Shown here: positions 28,477 through 32,000 of the stretch, one piece after another
How the letters are laid out: every line of letters begins with the position of its first letter
Numbering within the stretch: position 1 is the first letter of the stretch
Assembly: GCF_002945325.1 (NCBI RefSeq)
Contig: NZ_CP026606.1
Span: forward strand, 900,001-932,000
Source: Methanococcus maripaludis
GTDB lineage: Archaea; AGJL01; Methanococci; Methanococcales; Methanococcaceae
Reading direction: 5' to 3'
Length of the DNA: 32,000 nucleotides
Notes under the pieces: model-generated
Database searches by the model: none
Told to the model about the DNA's origin: nothing
The model's input: only the letters and a program-made list of their open reading frames with translations
Translations under genes and position numbers: made by a program

Positions 28477-29522
28477 TGAAGATCATTCAAGAGATACCTG
28501 AAAAAAACATAATAAAATTAATTCCAGAAAATTTAGATGATTTATGGCATTTGTCACATATAATACAGCCATACAATGCAATTTACGCGGTAACCGAGCG
28601 AAGAACGGAAGATAAAGGTGACAAACTACGTGCCGACAGAGGGACTAAAAGAAGAGTTTTTTTAGGAATAAAAGCTGAAAAAATTAATTTTCACGAAGAT
28701 TTCAACAGGCTTAGAGTCAGTGGAAAAATTATCCATGCACCTGACGACATTCCAATTGGATCATACCATACAATTGATATTGAACCACTTTTACAGGTTT
28801 CAGTTCAAAAAAATTGGAAAAAATGGGATATTGAAAGATTAAAAGAGGCAGAAGACTCTTCTAAAAAGCCAAAAGTAGTAGTCGTTATTATGGATGATAG
28901 CGAAGCTGACATCTTTTTAGTTCGTGAATTTGGAATTAAGGAACTTGCAAGCATTAAATCGGGCGTTTCTAAAAAATTGGATTACAAACAAAATGAACAG
29001 GCTAAATTTAGCTATTATTCGGATATTATCAATTCGATTTCGGAATTTGAAGGAAAAATACTCTTTGCAGGCCCAGGATTTGGAAAAAACAATATTCAAA
29101 ATTACATTTCTGAAAAATATAAAAGTTTGGCTCCAAATGTAGTTGTAGAATCTGCAAACCATACTGGAAAATCAGGGCTTTCTGAAATTTTAAAATCAGG
29201 AATTATTGATAAAATTTACGGCGAAGCAAGAATCAGCAAAGAAACGCAAGTAGTGGAAAAATTACTCGAAGAAATATCTAAAAAAGGTCTTGCGGCGTAT
29301 GGAATTGAAAGTGTTAACAATGCAATGAACTTCTCTGCAATTGATACACTTTTATTAACTGACGAATATTTAAGAAGAAACAGGCGAAGTGTTGAAAATT
29401 TAATGAACAGTGTTGAAAATATTAATGGAAATATAATTATTGTTTCAACGGAACACGATGCAGGAAAACAGTTAAAAGCACTCGGTGGAATTTCAGCATT
29501 ATTAAGGTTTCCAATAGAATAG
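28476..29522 (+). CDS. pelA: mRNA surveillance protein pelota
   Basis: DDLWHLSHIIQPYNAIYAVTERR, VVVVIMDDSEADIF, FAGPGFGKNNI, TLLLTDEYLRR, ALGGISALLRFPI. Confidence 0.97.
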   Translation: MKIIQEIPEKNIIKLIPENLDDLWHLSHIIQPYNAIYAVTERRTEDKGDKLRADRGTKRRVFLGIKAEKINFHEDFNRLRVSGKIIHAPDDIPIGSYHTIDIEPLLQVSVQKNWKKWDIERLKEAEDSSKKPKVVVVIMDDSEADIFLVREFGIKELASIKSGVSKKLDYKQNEQAKFSYYSDIINSISEFEGKILFAGPGFGKNNIQNYISEKYKSLAPNVVVESANHTGKSGLSEILKSGIIDKIYGEARISKETQVVEKLLEEISKKGLAAYGIESVNNAMNFSAIDTLLLTDEYLRRNRRSVENLMNSVENINGNIIIVSTEHDAGKQLKALGGISALLRFPIE

Positions 29523-29530
29523 GTGATATT

Positions 29531-30271
29531 TTGAGCGATACTAAATGGGAAATAGGAATTGCAGTGACTTTGGTTGCACTATCAACTGTGTTATACTACA
29601 TTCATTTTTTAATATTCCACGATATTCACCATATTTCAATATATCTCTTAGGAGACATCGCATTTACACCAATAGAAGTTTTACTTGTAACTTTGATTCT
29701 TCACAGGTTGCTTGAACACAGGGATAAAAAACAGACTCTTGAAAAATTAAATATGGTTATTGGTTCATTTTTTTCAGAAGTTGGAGAAGAGCTTTTAACT
29801 TACTTTTCTGATAATGACCCGGATTTAAAAGAAATTCGAAAAAATTTAATAGTAAACAATAACTGGGATGACAGGGAATTTAAAAATGCCCATAAAATTT
29901 TAAAAAATTATAATTACCATGTAAAAATAAATTCAGACAATATTAAAGAATTAAAAGAGTTTTTAAACAGTGAATCACCATTTATACTTAGATTAATGGA
30001 AAATCCGGCACTTTTAGAACATGAAAAATTTACGGGACTCTTAAGAGCAATTTCACACCTTTCTGAAGAACTCATGAAAAGAAAAGATATCGATAATTTA
30101 CCGCAATCAGATATTGACCATATTTCTGGAGACATTGTAAGAGTGTACGAAAGACTCGTATCAGAATGGTTAGACTACATGATGTATTTAAAAAATAACT
30201 ATCCATATTTATTTTCACTTGCAATGCGGTCAAATCCTTTCGATTTAACGTCAGAAATAATTGTAAAATAA
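29531..30271 (+). CDS. conserved hypothetical membrane protein (two N-terminal TM helices, soluble helical C-terminus)
   Basis: Uninterrupted 246 aa ORF directly downstream of pelA with RBS-like GGTG; hydrophobic IGIAVTLVALSTVLYYIHFLIF and HHISIYLLGDIAFTPIEVLLVTLIL. Confidence 0.8.
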   Translation: MSDTKWEIGIAVTLVALSTVLYYIHFLIFHDIHHISIYLLGDIAFTPIEVLLVTLILHRLLEHRDKKQTLEKLNMVIGSFFSEVGEELLTYFSDNDPDLKEIRKNLIVNNNWDDREFKNAHKILKNYNYHVKINSDNIKELKEFLNSESPFILRLMENPALLEHEKFTGLLRAISHLSEELMKRKDIDNLPQSDIDHISGDIVRVYERLVSEWLDYMMYLKNNYPYLFSLAMRSNPFDLTSEIIVK

Positions 30272-30282
30272 ATCTTTTAAAG

Positions 30283-30306
30283 GTACATGGGGTTTATCCC
30301 ATGTAC
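30283..30306. repeat. perfect 9-bp inverted repeat (hairpin GTACATGGG-GTTTAT-CCCATGTAC)
   Basis: Read directly; partial extension by flanking CTTTT/AAAGAG. Confidence 0.85.
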
Positions 30307-30434
30307 TTAAAGAGTGCCAATTTATTTTTGAGTAAACTATTTTTACGAGAGTGTCTTTGTGCCAAGTTACGAAGTACGGCAACTATGGACAAATATTTCA
30401 AACACCGTTAACACGATATTTAACAGTATATTTC

Positions 30435-30452
30435 GCTTATCATACGATAAGC
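30435..30452. repeat. perfect 7-bp inverted repeat (hairpin GCTTATC-ATAC-GATAAGC)
   Basis: Read directly within the long convergent intergenic region. Confidence 0.8.
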
Positions 30453-30592
30453 AACAAATATACCTTTTTTTAATATATATTGTTTTTGGCAGGACTTTTT
30501 ATGTAAATCGTCTTTTTAACATTTTATAAGGTTAAATTTTAGTTAATCAAATTTATTTCTAAAAAAGTAAGTTTATTAAAAATTAAAAGGAA

Positions 30593-31681
30593 TTAAAATT
30601 CAATATCTTCTCTTTCCATTTTCTTTTTTGAAAGTGATATTACTGGGTTTATTGATGCTTCTCCTTCAACTGAAACGTATCCGTTGATTACAGTTCTATC
30701 GAAGAATCCTTTACCCCATTTGTTTCTTACTAAAACTGTGGAGTATCCTTCAGGAGTTCCAACGTTTCCAACTGAAATATCCGAAGAAATTCCTGTAAAG
30801 TCCCTACAGACTTTGCATCCTTTTCTGACATATTCATCCATTTCATCAATTTTAAAATTGAATACGTTGCCATGTATTGTTGAAACTATGAGTTTTCCCT
30901 TGTCAATTTCCATTTTTTTAATATCCCAAGGGTTTACTTCAACTTCTTTTAGCTTTTTGAGCATTTTATCATAGTCAAAGGTTTCAAAACAGAACAGTGA
31001 TATTTTTAACCTTATTGCCTTTTTGAAAGGTTCAACTAAATCGTTGTTTGTTGCCATCATCTGGTAAACTGCATTAATAACACAAGGTGTTCCAACAACT
31101 GCAATTTTGTTTAATTTTTTTACCATTACAGCTTCTTTTAAAACTTCGAGTATTGGGACGTTCCAGTTGTATCTACTTCCAGCAGTTTTTAAAACGTCTT
31201 CTTTCGATGTTGCAAGGTATGATTTTGGATCCATTGTCCATTTATCTTCCATCATAACAATTGCGCCGTCAATTAAGTCTTCATCGAAGGCATTTGCTAA
31301 AATTGCGGTTACAACACCACCACTTTGAATATTTTTAGTTTCGAGTGTTGATTTTGCTTTATAATTTTCAATAACTCTTCCTGGAACTTTTTCTAAATTA
31401 AAGATGTGTCTTTCTTTTGTTCTTGGACATGCATTGTAACATGCACCGCAATTTACATCGTAGAGAGTTACTTTACAGAATTCCGCTGAAATTGGAGACT
31501 CCCCATTTTCAGTTGGCACAATAATACATGCGCATTCGTCACAGTCAAACTGCACGGGACTTTGCTGTTTAAAGTATATATTTTCAGTAGGACATACAGA
31601 AACGCACGCTCCGCAACCAGAGCATGTTTCTCTATCCCATACTTCTTCTTTTAAGTTCAAGTATGACTTCATAATTTCCAC
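30593..31681 (-). CDS. FrhB/FdhB-family iron-sulfur flavoprotein associated with archaeal split glutamate synthase
   Basis: CSGCGACVSVCP, CGACYNACP, SGGVVTAILANAF, GTPCVINAVYQM, LFCFETFDYD, CKVCRDFTGISSDISVGNVGTPEG; next to a GXGXG-domain gene. Confidence 0.87.
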   Translation of the reverse strand: MEIMKSYLNLKEEVWDRETCSGCGACVSVCPTENIYFKQQSPVQFDCDECACIIVPTENGESPISAEFCKVTLYDVNCGACYNACPRTKERHIFNLEKVPGRVIENYKAKSTLETKNIQSGGVVTAILANAFDEDLIDGAIVMMEDKWTMDPKSYLATSKEDVLKTAGSRYNWNVPILEVLKEAVMVKKLNKIAVVGTPCVINAVYQMMATNNDLVEPFKKAIRLKISLFCFETFDYDKMLKKLKEVEVNPWDIKKMEIDKGKLIVSTIHGNVFNFKIDEMDEYVRKGCKVCRDFTGISSDISVGNVGTPEGYSTVLVRNKWGKGFFDRTVINGYVSVEGEASINPVISLSKKKMEREDIEF

Positions 31682-31704
31682 CTAAATCTCTTAAAGTATT
31701 TTAA

Positions 31705-32000
31705 TTATCTCAAATCAGGTGTGTACAGTTTCTGGAATGGCCTGCTTGAAATTGGAGCGATTTTTGTATATTTTGAATTGATAAGTTTTTCTTTGATTTC
31801 GTTAGAATAACCAAATTCTGCACAGAATTCTTCGATGTATGGAGTAATTTTTTCAATGTCTTCTTCAGTAAAGTCCTTGATGTCTGCTGCAATTCCAAGT
31901 TGGGAACTTTCGACAATTCCCCTGATGTAAATTACACCGCCGTGAATTCCTGTTGCAATCATTCTTCCTTCGATATTTTCAGTATCTTCTTTATCCATGT
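31705..32000 (-). CDS. glutamate synthase alpha-subunit C-terminal (GXGXG) domain protein, partial at right edge
   Basis: MIATGIHGGVIYIRGIVESSQLGI repeat-type motif; frame continues to the window edge. Confidence 0.75.
   Translation of the reverse strand, partial: MDKEDTENIEGRMIATGIHGGVIYIRGIVESSQLGIAADIKDFTEEDIEKITPYIEEFCAEFGYSNEIKEKLINSKYTKIAPISSRPFQKLYTPDLR

Noticed and set aside
28917-29162. ORFs 28917-29162 (-) and 28924-29142 (+) inside pelA
   Set aside because: Alternate frames of a confidently identified pelota gene.
30684-30974. 96 aa plus-strand ORF antisense to the FrhB-like gene
   Set aside because: Shadow ORF in a conserved coding region; no domain similarity.

Overview
This window looks like an ordinary stretch of archaeal core chromosome. 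Protein similarity and codon/AT character fit a Methanococcus (M. maripaludis-like) genome. It is densely coded and contains metabolic and informational genes: cofC (truncated at the left edge), argC, a nitroreductase, an uncharacterised four-gene cluster (TIM-barrel isomerase-like, PP-loop ATPase, ApgM-like, Zn-PLC-like), an Fe3+-type ABC importer, and an ECF-type module with two paralogous S components, one short T component and no local A component. It also has a six-cluster polyferredoxin, a minus-strand stable RNA operon (tRNA-Thr, Pro, Tyr, Lys, 5S rRNA, tRNA-Asp, Lys, Asp), pdxS, pcm, a CBS protein plus CPA2 antiporter, an MFS transporter, ferredoxin, an XRE-cupin regulator divergent from a PLP aminotransferase, an EndoQ-like PHP protein, pus10, rpl21e, rpo4, DUF655, a GT4 glycosyltransferase, a Met8-like siroheme enzyme, hemA, hmgA, a Tfx-family regulator, pelA, a membrane protein, and two genes of a split archaeal glutamate synthase (right edge truncated). 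I saw no CRISPR array, transposon, phage or toxin/defence island. The best second-look items are non-coding. They are a roughly 320 bp structured gap between convergent genes at 30272-30592 (candidate sRNA or 3'UTR RNA), the repeated Lys/Asp module in the 5S-tRNA operon with a near-consensus promoter, and several palindromic candidate operators. Among proteins, the unusual ECF module and the PP-loop/ApgM cluster stand out. No clearly novel system is demonstrated by the sequence alone.
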